Positions 26,188 through 39,499 of a DNA stretch of 64,000 nt are shown here, one piece after another (the first letter of the stretch is position 1; every line of letters begins with the position of its first letter). The notes below the pieces were generated by a model, which worked only from the letters and a program-made list of their open reading frames with translations, had not been told where the DNA came from and ran no database searches. The position numbers and the translations under genes are program-made. The stretch is from Camelus dromedarius (taxonomy: Eukaryota), in the NCBI RefSeq assembly GCF_036321535.1, contig NC_087436.1, forward strand, positions 101,806,001 through 101,870,000, read 5' to 3'.

Positions 26188-26542
26188 TGTTTTAGTCTGT
26201 TTGGGCTGTTGTAACAAAAACACCATAGACTGGGGAAGATTAACCAACTTTCATTTCTCACAGTTTTAGAGGATGGGGAGTCTGAGATTCAAGTGCCAGC
26301 AGATCCGGTGTCTGGTGAGGGTCTGTTTCCTGGTTCATAGATGGCTGTCTTCTGGTTGTGCCCCAACATGGTGAAAGGGGGCCATCGCTCTCTCTGGGGT
26401 GACTTTATATGGACACTAATCTCATTCATGAGAGCTCTGCCCTCATGACCTGATCACCTCCCAAAGGCCCCACCACCGTCACCTTGAGAGTTAGGTTTCA
26501 ACATGTGAATTTTGGCAGGACACAAATATTCAGGCTGGAGTA
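26188..26542 (-). mobile_element. MLT1A0-like solo LTR
   Basis: tgttttagtctgtttgggctgttgtaacaaaa...gtgtctggtgaggg...ccctcatgacctgatcacctcccaaaggcccc...tttcaacatgtgaatttt. Confidence 0.85.
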
Positions 26543-26695
26543 TCAGCACTATATTTTATTTAGTCCTCCTCTCTTCCCTGACCCTGCTGGTCTGGGATAG
26601 GTTTTCAGTCTTTCCTTGTTGTTCATCACTTTGACAATCTTCAGGAGTCCTAGCAAGGTAGTCTCTAGGAAAATACTCTCAAGCTGGATCTGCCA

Positions 26696-26755
26696 GACTG
26701 CCTGCCTTCCTGTCTGTCTGTCTCTCTCCCTCCCTCTCTCTCTCTCTCTGTCTGT
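26696..26755. repeat. (CCTG)/(TCTG)/(TC)n low-complexity tract
   Basis: Direct reading. Confidence 0.85.
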
Positions 26756-27824
26756 ATATATATTTATTTATTTCCTCATAATTAGAATCAGGTTATGAAG
26801 TTTTGAAAAGAGTGCCACAGACTAATGTCCTTGTCATCACATCATATCAGGAGGAAGATGATAACGTTCACCTTCATCACTTATGTTTAGGGCAGTAATC
26901 GCCAGGTTTCTCCACCATAGGATTACTATTTTTCCCTTTTCCTATTCTGTATTTTGAAAGCTAGTCACTAAGTCTAGTGCCCTGTCATGGGTATGGGGTT
27001 GTAGTGGGGATCTAAGCCCTAATTATTAGAAGGACTATATATATATTTATATTTTTGGAAATCTTCTGTAAGAAAATTTATGTCTTCCACATTTACTGGT
27101 TTACTTGATCATTTGTTTATATCAGTATGGACTCACATAGTACTATTTTTATGTAGGATTATAATCCACAATTATGTTTATATTGTTGCTCAAATTGTGC
27201 AAAATTTGGTCTTTGGGAGTATTTTTTAGTTTGGCCCTTATGTCCTGTTGACATGTCTTACTAATTCTTTTTAGAACATTCTTAATGGTATTACAGGATG
27301 CTCCAGGCTTAGTTTGCATTTTCCCTGTGTGAACTCTAAAATCAGTTATTAATCCAAAGAATATTATTTTTTTATTAGAGAATATTGTTTGGAACTAAAA
27401 TCTGAGTGCTGAGTGTAATCCTTTCTGCTGAGGTATCCTTGTTTCTAGGCCCTCTCAACAGACAGAACTAGAGAATATACATGTTCTAACCAATGTGTAC
27501 TCAGATAGCTGTAACTGTTTCTCTGTGTGTGATATTATGTGTTTATATATATATGTGTATATATACACATATATACATAATCATGAGTTCATACTGATGT
27601 CTCAGGCTTTAGTCCAGTTCCATAGCATATATTCCATTCTTTATTTCTTATTTATCTGAACTTTTTTAGCTGACAATGACCTGATTCTTACCATTCACTC
27701 TCAATTTATTTAATTCCTCATGCATAGTACACATGTAAGGCAGTCTTGGAAGGCAGTTTTAAAATTCTTATGTGTATCTAGGGCTGCATTTTTTTTTTTT
27801 AAGAGAAAGCATGAAACTCTTTGT

Positions 27825-28515
27825 AAGCTTAAAATTCTGCGGTTTTCAGTATCTTTAAGAAAAGTCTAAATTCCTTGACACAGCTTAGACAAGGGTCCTG
27901 GCTACTCTAACCTCATCTAACTCTGCAAATTTTCATCCCATTTTGTTTCTTAACACGAGCCCTATGTATGTTTTCAAGTCCATAGCCAAACTACACTATG
28001 TTCTTTTCTGTCTATTGTGTGAATATAACTCTCCCATTTCTTTTGTTTGTTTGTTTCTATTCCCCTTTTAATACTATATTTACAATGCCTGGAAAAGTGT
28101 CTACTCTACAAAGAGTGAAATGCATGCTTGTTCAATTAATGAATAAATGAATGCTTTTTCTGTGCCCAACATTCTGTCTTCTCCCTCCCACTGCCATTTT
28201 GCCTGGCTAAATCGTACTCATAAGGAAGTTCATGCTTAAACTTCACTTTTTCAAAAAATCTTTCCTAAACCATTCCTGGCCACACTAGGTTTGCTTTTCT
28301 TATTCTATGTTTGTTTGGACCCCAGCCTGTGTCTTCCTTCATCCCTCAGGGTGATTACAATGCTAACTGTTCACTGATTTTTTTTCCCAAGCAGAAGGAA
28401 ATGAAGCTCAGGACTGTGATTTCCTCTCTCGTCTTGGTCCCCATCGCTGCTATATTGTCTTGTCCATACCAGGAACCCGGCAGTTATTTGTTGAATGAAT
28501 GAAAGAATGAATTGA
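27825..28515 (+). mobile_element. L2 3' fragments (two tails)
   Basis: aagtctaaattccttg, tttgcctggctaaa, and tails aatgaataaatgaatg and tatttgttgaatgaatgaa. Confidence 0.6.
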
Positions 28516-30225
28516 AGAGAGGAAAAGATTAGATACGGAATTTGTGCAGGCAATGGAGCAGCTACTAAGATTAAGGGCAAATTTCTCTGCAGACTCTTTA
28601 TCTGGTACCTTCAGCTGGAGGCAAAGGCACCCTGGGGTAGGTACTTCAAGGAACAAGGTGTAAATTGTCTGTGAAAATGTCGTTAACTCTTTGACGCAGT
28701 GAGAATGACACTGGAGAAGAATCTTTGAGGTTTCAGAGCACACATTTTCAGACAATCCATTAGAAGTTTGCAACAGACGTGGGAACGCTTTTGAAAACAT
28801 ATATACGGGTTAATTTTGTGGAGGGAAATAAAATCCTTATATTTTTGCAGTTTGAAAGCGTACACAATTTCTGATTTTATTTTTTTCACTCTTATCTTTC
28901 TGACATGTGAATCCTCTGAAAACCCAAATGTCTAAATCTACACAGCTTACTGTTTTCATTAATATGACTTTACAATTCATTCTCTTCATCATCATGGCTT
29001 TAATATTCTGGGAGTGCTTTGCCTAGGAAAATAAAAGTGGCAAATAATTTTATTATTTATCTTAGGAACTACCTGAAAGACGCAGAAACTCTTCAGTAGG
29101 AAGTATCAAAGGACAGCTTACACCCCAAAACTTTGATGCCCCACTTGTCTCAAATGTCTCACCTACTTACTGCATCCACCAATCCTAAGCTATTACATTA
29201 TGATCCTGTGGAATTCCAACAAAGCCCCTGCGAAGAGTGGCATCCTAAAGCAGACTTCAAAATCTCATAAATATCCTGAATTTTTTTTCACTAAAACTTT
29301 ATGGAGATGGTTATTTCCCTTGCTACGGTAAGCGAAAACTCATCAAGTTGTTTTAGCAACATTTTAGAGGAACCCACATTCAACCCTACTCAGTTTAGCA
29401 CACTTACTCCAAATTTTTATTAACTAGAGCATTTTAAAATACATCATTACATTTCATTTCTGAAGACCAAAAAACCCCCCAAATAATGAAGATTATTTTT
29501 TTACCATTTTCAGCTATCAATTTGATAATAATAGTTTACTTTTGAAATATATTTTTAATTTAACAGTAAATAATAGATTGTGCTAACCAGAATGGTACTG
29601 CCATTTTCTTTGAATGATCGATCAGTGCTTTGTCACTTTATTACAATTGCAAAAATATTTTTAGTGTCAACATTTTGTCACTGAAAACTCTTTGAAACTA
29701 TTATTTATGGTGTTTTTTTAAAAGGAGAAGGTATTTTAAATCATATTCACGTAGACTAAAAAATAGGAAAGTGCATTTCATAATTTTGGCTCTGTGGCAT
29801 GGCCATTTAGAATGCTGATCTATGAAACATTTAATCTTCGCCAACTTTGCAGAATAGCCTAATAATAATTCAACATACGAATTAAAATTTTATTTTACAA
29901 AATAAAACCAAACGACTGTCAGTCAATAAATTTCAACCGCGAGAGAACTGAATGGAGCAGCAAACTACGTAGTAAGTGCCCAAAGCACTTGCAACTGCAG
30001 AATAAATTCCACTGTCCCTGCCTCCCGGGAACCTGTGATACAACCCATACATCATGATGTCACTGTCAAGCCCAGGGTGGTGCTCACGCCTTTTACTAGG
30101 AAAAGCAAGGACCAGAGATCTCCGATCTTTGATTTTATTCCTGTTCTGCCTTTAACTTTCTCTGCAGCTTTGTTGGAGTAAATTCACTTTTCAGCTTTTC
30201 TATGTGAAATGAGAAGGTTGGACTA

Positions 30226-30430
30226 GATCATTGGTTTTGCACAGAGACACTTCAAGGGCACGTTGATGGGAGGGGCAATGGGTTCAGTAAGAGGAAATCT
30301 TCATTTCCCACTGCTTCAATCAGAGCAGGTCTCCTTTTCCCTCATTTTTATTTTGGACTTTTGAGCTAGCTTTCATTCAAGCAAACAAATCAGTGCATTA
30401 AATTAAAACAGCCAAAAAAATGCAACATGC
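30226..30430 (+). mobile_element. MER103C-like hAT-Charlie MITE, preceded by a MIR-type fragment from about 30110
   Basis: cattggtttt...cccactgcttcaatcagagcag...ctttcattcaagcaaa. Confidence 0.55.
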
Positions 30431-30514
30431 TATTTTTTTTCAAATGACATAGTTTGGACTGTGGCGAACAATAAACTTCAAGCTCTGTAGTCAAAATATG
30501 TCTCAATAATATAA

Positions 30515-30665
30515 TAATGATGACGTAATTTGTTCAGTCCTTAAACTACTGCAGGCAATTAAATGTATAATCTGATTTCATTTTGGCAAGAACACTGAAA
30601 GGCAGGTATTAAATATCACGCTTTTTACAGAAAAGGAAATTGACTATCAGAGAGACTGATTTCCA
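30515..30665 (-). mobile_element. MIR fragment
   Basis: aggcaggtatta...ttttacagaaaaggaaattgactatcagaga. Confidence 0.6.
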
Positions 30666-30834
30666 ATTATCCAATTCCCTAACATTTTCTTAGGGCTTCC
30701 TTGTGCTGGGGCTTTGCTAGGTGTTTTTAGGTTCCATACTCACAATACCCTATGTAGCTACATAATCTCCAGAACAAGAATTGGAATCCAGAGTTGGCTG
30801 ACAATGCTTCATCAATAATAAATCTGCTGCCACC

Positions 30835-31085
30835 GAGAATAATGATATAGCTCACCTTACTTGAGATGCACCTTGCATAACACTGCAGATGCAAAATTTT
30901 ATTTAATTTCACAATGCAATGAGATTCACCCTCCAATATTCCCATTTTAAAGATGAGGAAACTGAGTTTTAAACAAGCAAAGGGGATTGCCTATGTCTAA
31001 CATCACGGGACTAGTAAGGAGCAGAGCTGGTATTCAATCCTACACTGTCTGAGACCAGAGCCTTCATTTAACCCTTTCACCATCC
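30835..31085 (-). mobile_element. MIR SINE
   Basis: cccattttaaagatgaggaaactgag...ctagtaaggagcagagctggtattcaatcc...ccagagcc. Confidence 0.8.
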
Positions 31086-31194
31086 TGCTTAATTTACTGC
31101 CACACTGACTTCCATTTTAAAAGTGGTTAATTTAACTATAAGGTGGTTAAGTTTAATGGAGCCTGAGGACTGATACTCCCCGACTTTTAACACA

Positions 31195-32234
31195 AAGCAT
31201 AAAGCTACCGTAAGCAAAACAGTGGAGTGTTAGTGAAAGAATACACAAGTAGATCAATGGAACAGAACAGAGAGCCAAAAAATAATCCATATAAATATAG
31301 TCCACTTATGACAAAGAAGTGAAGGCAATGCAATGGAGCAAAGTAACCTTTTTCACAAATGGGACTGGAACAACTGGACATCTGTGTGCAAAAAAATGAA
31401 TCTAGACACAGACCTTATATCCATCACAAGAATTAACTCAAAATGGATCACAGACCTAAATGCAAATTGCAAAACCATAAAACTCCTGGAAGAAGACACA
31501 GGAGAAAGTCTTGATTACCTTAGTTTTGGAGATGTCTTTATATATACAACACCAAAGGCAACAAGCATGAAAGAAAGAATTGATAAGCTGAACTTCATTA
31601 AAATAAAACAAACACAGCCTCTGTTCTGTGAAAGACTCTGTTAAAGTGTGAAAAGGCAAGCAACAGACTGAGAAAATTTTGCAAAATACACCTTGAATAA
31701 AGGATCATTATCCGAAATATACAAAGAACTCTTAAAAATCAACAATAACAACAAATTGACTAAAAATGAGGCAAAGACAAACATCTCAATTAAAAAAAGA
31801 TATATAGAGAACAAATCAGCATGTGAAAAAATGTTCCACATCGTATGCCTTGAGGGAATTGCAAATTGAAGCAACAACAACAAAGAATATATTACATATA
31901 AATATTCATAAAAATTATATAAATACAGATTATATGCCTCTGAACTCATAGAGTTGGAAATTTTGTGTATGACTCAAGTGTGTTTCTAAGTAACTTGGAA
32001 ATGTTCGAATGTTTTTCACTGAGATTCATACCGACAAAGATTAAATATTCTTTTCTTACCACACTACTGTTTATTGCAACTGAGATATAGAAAAATGTTA
32101 TAAAATTTAATTAAAGATTAAGTAAACAAATTATTGCATAGTTTTAGAATTACAAAAAAAAAATAGTGAGATTCTAGTATACACCTATTAAAATGGCCAA
32201 AATTCCAGAACACCGACCACACCAAATGCTGGCG
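31195..32234 (+). mobile_element. L1MC-like ORF2 C-terminal fragment, split by an insertion of about 280 bp
   Basis: ORF 31333-31644 reads LFHKWDWNNW...MNLD...INSKWITDLN...KTIKLLEE, typical L1 ORF2p C-terminal region. L1 text resumes at about 32164 (tacacctattaaaatggccaaaat...accaaatgctggcg). Confidence 0.9.
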
Positions 32235-34639
32235 CCTCAGGGCCTGTGTCTGCCTTAGCCAAAGGAGCAAGAAACCCCGGGCAGGCCCGGCTTGTTCTCT
32301 CCAGTAGGACCTTACCACAAAGCAGAGATTGAAAGGCTCATGACCTGGATCAATAAACTCACTGCACACAACCATTCCATTGCACAGGCTTGAAAATAGA
32401 GCCCATTGGACGCTGTCAGAATTTTTGTCTTCACTAATTTTTTTAACCGATTTTACATACAATGATCTTTACTATTAACTACTAATGGGACTGAAAAATA
32501 AAACAAAATTATAACTGTAGCCTAATAAACTATCACTATTGTCTAAACTAAGACTGTTTCCATAAAATTTGCAGCAGGCGGGCACAGTTTCCCATGTCAT
32601 ATACTTGCCTATATTTTAAGATTTGGCTACATTGTCTACTGGCATGTGAATTTTTCCCAATCCCCTGGTTAGAAAGACATTCACCTTCCCTTCTTCCTTA
32701 TCACATCTGTCATTTAGCTCATTTACTTTTTTCTGTAGCTGGGTTGTTAATGTGTAAACTACAGCTTTTGCTCAGGAAAGGGTGCTTTACACAATACAAT
32801 GAGTTTGAAGACCAAAAATATCTATAATAATCAGTTGAATGAGAAGCATTAAAACTTCAAATTGTATTTTGCACACAAAAATATATTTTGTTCTTGATTA
32901 CTTTTCAACATTTATCAAAACATATTTGCTTAGAAATCTACTTTTAGAACCGTAGTACAGTTTGTTTTTATTCTCTCAGATTGGGAGCCAAAAATGAAGC
33001 TCCCAGAAAAATGTAAAAATGAATTGTTAGAAATATTCATGTTAGCAAATCTCTACATTACAACAAATACATACATTTTCTCTCTATGAGTTAATAACAC
33101 ATGGTTTGGACAGGTGTTAGTATTAATAACAACAAGAGATTTGCATATTTTCTAAACAAGTTTGCATATGTACAGTTATACCTAACACTCCATATATAAA
33201 TTTCCACAGATGCAGCCCCCTTGTCTAAAATATGTGTAAAATTCCTAGCATGTACTCAAAACACTTCAGCAATAATGCTTACTACAGCAAAACCCACGCG
33301 TATCTATTCACAAGATTGAAAATGCAGAATGTAGACAATCAGTTAAACCAGTGGCAAGTGAAATTCCACCACAGGATCCAAAAGTAACTCTTTTCAAAGG
33401 TACTCTTAAAAATCACAATTAAATAATATTTTTAAAATTAAGATATTGATAGTGGCATGCTTTTATTTAAAAATGCTGTAATGATTGCAAGCTTTTTTTT
33501 TTTTTTTTTTTTTCCTGTCTGGTGTTGTGTTGGGGAGGCATGGATGCAAAGACTCACTTATTCTTTGCTTTGTTTGTTTTTGGCCAGCAGCCAGTGAAGG
33601 CTGTAACTCTAGCCTGTGGAAATGGGTCGAGTAAATGGAGACAATGAACCAGGTGCAGTGGATGAAGATTAGAGAGGCTGAAATTATAGAGTTAGATGTG
33701 ATCCTTTTGTTTCAGCAGGGGCTTCCACTCCTACTTTGGGAAGCGGGATTTGGAAAGAAACACCACATCCATCAAAATACTTCTCCAGTGTATAGACATA
33801 TTGGTTTGTATCTCAAATACCTATTCGTATATTAGGTTTTCCTATCTGAGCAGCTATTTTGAAAAGTTTTGTGTTATGTATTTATCAGAAGTGTTAGATC
33901 ATATTTGTTTTTCTTTTTTTCTGTCCAAATCTGGATAGATTTGACAAAATATTTTTGAAGCCTCTAATAAAAGGAAGATCAGGAAGACACATGCCTACAT
34001 TCAATCTCAGGGTCACTGAAGAAAGTTCTGTCAGTGGAGTCTTACACTCTTACTACATCATTAGCTACTCTTCTTGTGTATGATTTAAAAACCATCTCAA
34101 GATGATCTGATTGACTGAGGATGGCATGTATTTTGTTTCTGGATTTATATAGCATGCCTCAAAAAATGGTAGATGATATGATCCTTACAAGAAAATTGTT
34201 GGCATTCACATGGTTTCAATGCTCTGCAGAAACAGAGGCTGTAATTTTTGGTTTATGATCTCTTATTCTAAGTTTCTTAGATTGTATAAAATTTCTGACA
34301 CTGATCAAGCAACTTCACATGTGTCATGTTTCTCTGGGAAATTGTGTAGCTTGGCGATCTTCCTTCCTTCTGTATAACACTAAGGCACACCTTTACACAG
34401 TTTACAAGGAAAATCTTACATTTTCCTATAAAACCAATGAAAGAAAAACAAAAGGACAAGTGACCTAGACAGTCTTAATACATTCAAGAAAACTTATTCT
34501 GCATGTGGATATGGAAGTTATCAAAACATCTCTAAAGAAGATTTAGCAATTATCAAACCTGACACATTCTATGAAAACTTCCATTTTGAAAGCTTCCTCA
34601 ACACTGCTGTCATTTACACCAGGCTCAAATAGTTCATCA

Positions 34640-35050
34640 ATCCAATGTGTGCCCTTTCAAGACAAAAGCTTACTCTATCTTGTTTAAGTTGAATATCAGT
34701 GAAGTATAGGAAAGAGCTCACAGAAGCTCACTGAAACCTGGAGAACCAGGCTTAGAAAAGTCTATGAGACCAGGAAAAGTACTAACTATATTACCCTTCT
34801 ATCTAGATGCAATATCACCTTGGACAAGGTAATGCAGATCTTGAGTACAAGATTTAATCACTTGAGAGCTTTGCCAATAATATCTTTTATAACACAAATA
34901 ATTGCTCATCACATGCTGCCACTCTCATCAGGATGGACAAGGGATGTTCTCCTGTGTCTCATTTTTAAATCATTATTTTGAATGAGTAATCCCAGCAAGC
35001 AGAGACAAAGCTATCTATGTCTATATTTCAAAAACAAGAGTTTCCAGGCA
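34640..35050 (-). mobile_element. Old MLT1K/L-like LTR, degraded
   Basis: agctcacagaa...ctggagaaccaggcttagaaaa pattern. Confidence 0.4.
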
Positions 35051-36631
35051 GTTGAAATTTGGTTGTACTTAGAGTGACCACAATCTTGCCAAAATGCCTG
35101 GTGCATATATTAAACTTTCCTAAAACACCATCAACTTATTTGTTTAATTTGATATTTCAACAAACTACTTGGTAAATCGTAAGACTGGGGATTTTAGTAT
35201 TCTAACTAAAAGCTTGAACTGGAATAGACTGTGGATCTGTGACATATACGTCTTATACCTACATTTTAAAATTTAATAAAATTAAGGGGAAAAAGAAAAG
35301 AGGAATAAAAGTAGAAAGCATCTTTCAATGTTAAATATGGTAAGCAGAAACTCACCTGCCTTTCTCAAAGCCACAGTGACTGATGAATTCTGCAGGCCCT
35401 AAATATCTATACATTAAACCCTCAGAATCATATAAAGTCCATGATGTTACATGAGGATTGAGACCTATACCTCCATCTTTTCTCTATCCTGCCAGCCTTC
35501 TCCTCTCTGCAATTCTGGAATTTATAACCAATCTTCACCTCCAAGAACCAGCCTCCTGCACTTCACCTCTACAGTCAATTCAAGTCTTCCCTTTTTTCCC
35601 CCTGAAAAACAATATATCATTAACATCCTTTGGAAAAGAGTGCTCTGTACTCCTGAAAGTGGAGGTGAGGTGGACAGGAAATTTAACTTCCCATTCTTTT
35701 AAGATTCCTATGTTGAGACACCTAGAAAGAAATTAATGTCTCAAAAGAGGACCCTGTCAAAAGTATATAACCCACTAGTGTCTAGGAGCAATATTCATAG
35801 TACTTCATGTTTCAATAAAATATTAATTGTTGGCATGACTTTATTCCTGGCATATTCATTTAGGTTATTAAAATTACGGCATACTCTTGATTTTTGTTAC
35901 TGTCCTTCAAATAGCTCTTTTTTATTTAATTCTTCAAAATCAAAGGATGACTTCCTCCACAGAAGTGTAAGCTTTAGAGACTGACCTTATGTTTGACTAC
36001 CAGTACAATCAAGATATTAAGAGATATTAGAAGAAATACTTGTGATCATTTGTTTTCTCAGAATGCAACTTCTTATCACAGAAGACAAGAGTAATGACTT
36101 TTTACTGAAGTTTGGAACTAGAGCTAAGAATATTTCTTGTCTCTCCAATGCTATTGAGATAATAAAATATATTCTAAAGTGCTGTCAAACAACTGAATAC
36201 TATAACAGCATTTAAGTAATATTAGATTGGAAGTCAGTTTTTACTAAAATATTAAGTTATTTTGCTGAGAATCTGTTCTGGTTTTAGCTAGGACATCCAC
36301 TGTGATAAAGTGTCATTTTTATCATTAGCAACGTTACATTGTACATTATTTAAATATGTTCTTAAATTAACTTTTATTGCCATATATTTTTATTTTTATA
36401 AGTTCAATAAAGGTAGAACAATATATTTAGAATCTTAGAAGTATATTGACTATGTTTTATAACTGTCATATTTATGATAGCAACCTCTAGAACCTGCCCA
36501 TAATCTGAATACTTTTCACAGGAAAAACGTAATCTGCATAATACACCTCATTGATTAACACCTAGAAAGTAATATATTTCAACAGAATCAAGAAAAAAAA
36601 ATTATTGGCAGCTTCACTAGGAAAATGCGTA

Positions 36632-36683
36632 TGCACACACACACACATACACATACACACATGTACACACACACACATACACA
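36632..36683. repeat. Imperfect (CA)n
   Basis: Direct reading. Confidence 0.9.
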
Positions 36684-38114
36684 AACAATAGGAATATTAA
36701 ATACTTCAAAGTTGAAGGATGCAGCTGAGATGCTATAACAATCTTTTGGCTTGATTAATTTTTCCTATTGCCAATAATGTATTCAGCAGAAAATTTCCAG
36801 TACAAAACCAAATACATTTGGATTTACAAAAGAGTGGGCAGTTTTACCCAAGGGCATATTTCAGCTTGATAGCACCTTTATATTTGATGGCACCATTTGG
36901 AAACTTCTAGGACCTATTACATTTTTAATTTTGGCATGTTGTTTAAATACATTGTAATGCCTTAAATCCTAGAGAAAGCTAAAATCCACAGATGTAAAGG
37001 ACTATTGTTAACCATATGGGGAAAAAAAAAAACCAAACCAATAACAGCGTACCTGGGCGAAGCTTACAGTTTCAGATCCCATAATTGAATCATCAACTTG
37101 CTAGCATGTCCTCATTTGATTAAAATGAGAACTACTGACCAAATGTCACACGTGTCATAGAGACATGCTGTAATATGATGACAATTTCATCAACCGGGAT
37201 GCACTGGAAAACACATAGAAAACAAATAAAAGGAGACATGTTTTTCTTTTTGTTAAGAAAGAGATATATCATTGTTTTTTCATCAAGCTGTATTTTGTTT
37301 GAAGTAAATGTGATGATGTTTTATACAAATTGGGTTAGATTCAGTGAAGCAATGTGTGAATGTTTGTTAATGAAACCTGAATGAGACGTCTATAAATTCG
37401 CATACACCAGGACCAGTCACAGTGTGGTAAAAATTCCCAAACTGACCATGATGGTAGGCAGGCTTCAAGTGCATTCTTGAGCTTCAAGTCTAGTATTGGC
37501 CAGAATAGGAAGAGCAGTACAGAGTAGAAATTATGACGTAAATTTAGGAAAGCCTGGAACTACGAAGTGCGAGGAGAACAAATGGGCTTGTGTGTGACTG
37601 AATCAGTGGTGGCTAATGTGGGAAGGACCGGGATGGAGGTTTTCCTCTCGCCCATCAGCCTGGGTAAATCCAGGGCTTAAATACAAGCCAGGTGAGGAAT
37701 TTCCAGCTAGACCAGAGTAGAGCTTATTTTATTATATGCACTGCAGTTGATAATTAGACTGGGAACTTAATTCTGGAAACTTGAGGGTTTGGATTATAAC
37801 AAAGACAAAGGCTTGAGTCTTAACCAATGTTCTGTGGCCCTTACCCACAAGGTCAGCCACCGTGTTTGTGTCATGGGGAGGGAAAAATGTCACCCTAGTC
37901 AAGCTCCATGCTAAGTTTTATATACGCCTAATGGAAAACAACAAACATTTATAACACAATATGGTAATGGGGCACGTAGAACTAAATCTTAAAATAAATG
38001 TATGGAATTCACAGAGTAGGAAAAGGGAATATATTTCAAACAAGAAAAAAGAAGGGACAATTATAAAAATGAACAAGCTGGATATGTTGGTTTTGAGAGT
38101 AAAGATATTCTTTA

Positions 38115-38180
38115 CATTTGAAAGAATATAAAGATGTCAAAAGTATTCATTTGAAAGAATGTAAAGATGTCAAAGGTATT
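38115..38180. repeat. 33-bp tandem duplication (2 mismatches)
   Basis: catttgaaagaatataaagatgtcaaaagtatt / catttgaaagaatgtaaagatgtcaaaggtatt. Confidence 0.95.
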
Positions 38181-38344
38181 AAGGTGGACAAAGGTAAAAA
38201 CAATGACTGTCTCTTTAAATTAGTATGAAGGTGAGTGAATTATACATGAACCGAAGCTCCCAAGCACCGATTGCACTTGTTTCTGTGTCTAACACAAAAG
38301 AATCTCAAAAAGAGAATATACATTAGCTTTCTTTCCTCGTAGTA

Positions 38345-38346
<2 letters not shown>

Positions 38347-38399
<53 letters not shown>
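38347..38399. repeat. Compound (CA)n(TA)n microsatellite
   Basis: Direct reading. Confidence 0.95.
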
Positions 38400-39499
38400 A
38401 ACTGTTTTACCAAAAAATGGGTGGATTTAAAGTTTGTTGTTCCATCTATATGTTATTTTATCAACTATTTTGAATGACATAAACGTCTTTTCCTCTTTAA
38501 CGTGTGCAGTTACCAGAGAAATATCCACAGATGCTCTTTGCTGCTATTTTGTTTCCAAACTGGGAAAGACACATGTATTTAAGGTAGCATTCCAGGCTCT
38601 TCTTCAGTGGAAACTGTCCCTGTTCGTCTTCTATTAAGCTGTTAATCTATGAACTGACTTAGAAATAGAGCTAGCTAAAGGATTGTTATTTTCCACTTCA
38701 GAGGCTAACATTAGATTTCTGCTTGCAGGTCTCAATTAAAAAATTATTTAATACCGTATTTGATTAATATTGATCACGTTGATCAATACTATATTTGACC
38801 ATTTGTCTATTTTACCCCAAGGCTGCTAAAATTTATTAGCCACCATTATACATCTTTGTGGGACAAAGCACCATCATATTTATTTAGATATTGCATCTAT
38901 TTCACAAGTAATGTTATTGTTCCTGCCATTCCAGAAACCCAGAGTGCCCAATACCATTCACTCATCATCTAACAATAACTCTAGTCTAGGAGGGCAATGA
39001 CCTCCGGCTTCTCAAAATTGCCAATGAGCCCCACCCTCTTCCCTCACTCCCTGTGTCTAACGTATTTCTTTTTCCTGTGTGAAAATGACATCTTCTAGGC
39101 TCTCCTTTATATAGCTGCATTAGAGGAAATGCATTCTCATATGAGTTTTCAAAACATACAAAATAATCCCATTCTAAAGCCTTTGTCTGCTTAACCTGGA
39201 TGCCATGCAAAAGGAAGTTCTGGAATCTCTACCTCATTTGCCATGTCTAATTCTATACCAAACTTTGAGGAATCATCTCAGGAAAATATTAATGCTGTCT
39301 ACAGGTGTCCTTGAAAATCCTTATACCTGGAGATATAATTTAGTGTCCCCTGCCCATAAATGTTTTGCTAACCATTCTTATATCTTTTCTATCCTCACAC
39401 TGACACAACAATGCCATTAACTACTCCAAATGTACTTACCTACTTAGTCCTTGCTAACATCTGCCTATCAGCACACTACATTAGCTAGCTCATGTGTTT

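Larger units (their letters stand above)
25960..27740 (-). mobile_element. L1MC-type 3' UTR, interrupted by MLT1A
   Basis: actttttattttgaaataattt, attgttaacatcttac, atttgtcaaaactaagaaa, atcagtatggactca, catgagttcatactgat. Confidence 0.8.

Noticed and set aside
31333..31644. 103-aa ORF as a host gene
   Set aside because: It is a remnant of L1 ORF2p
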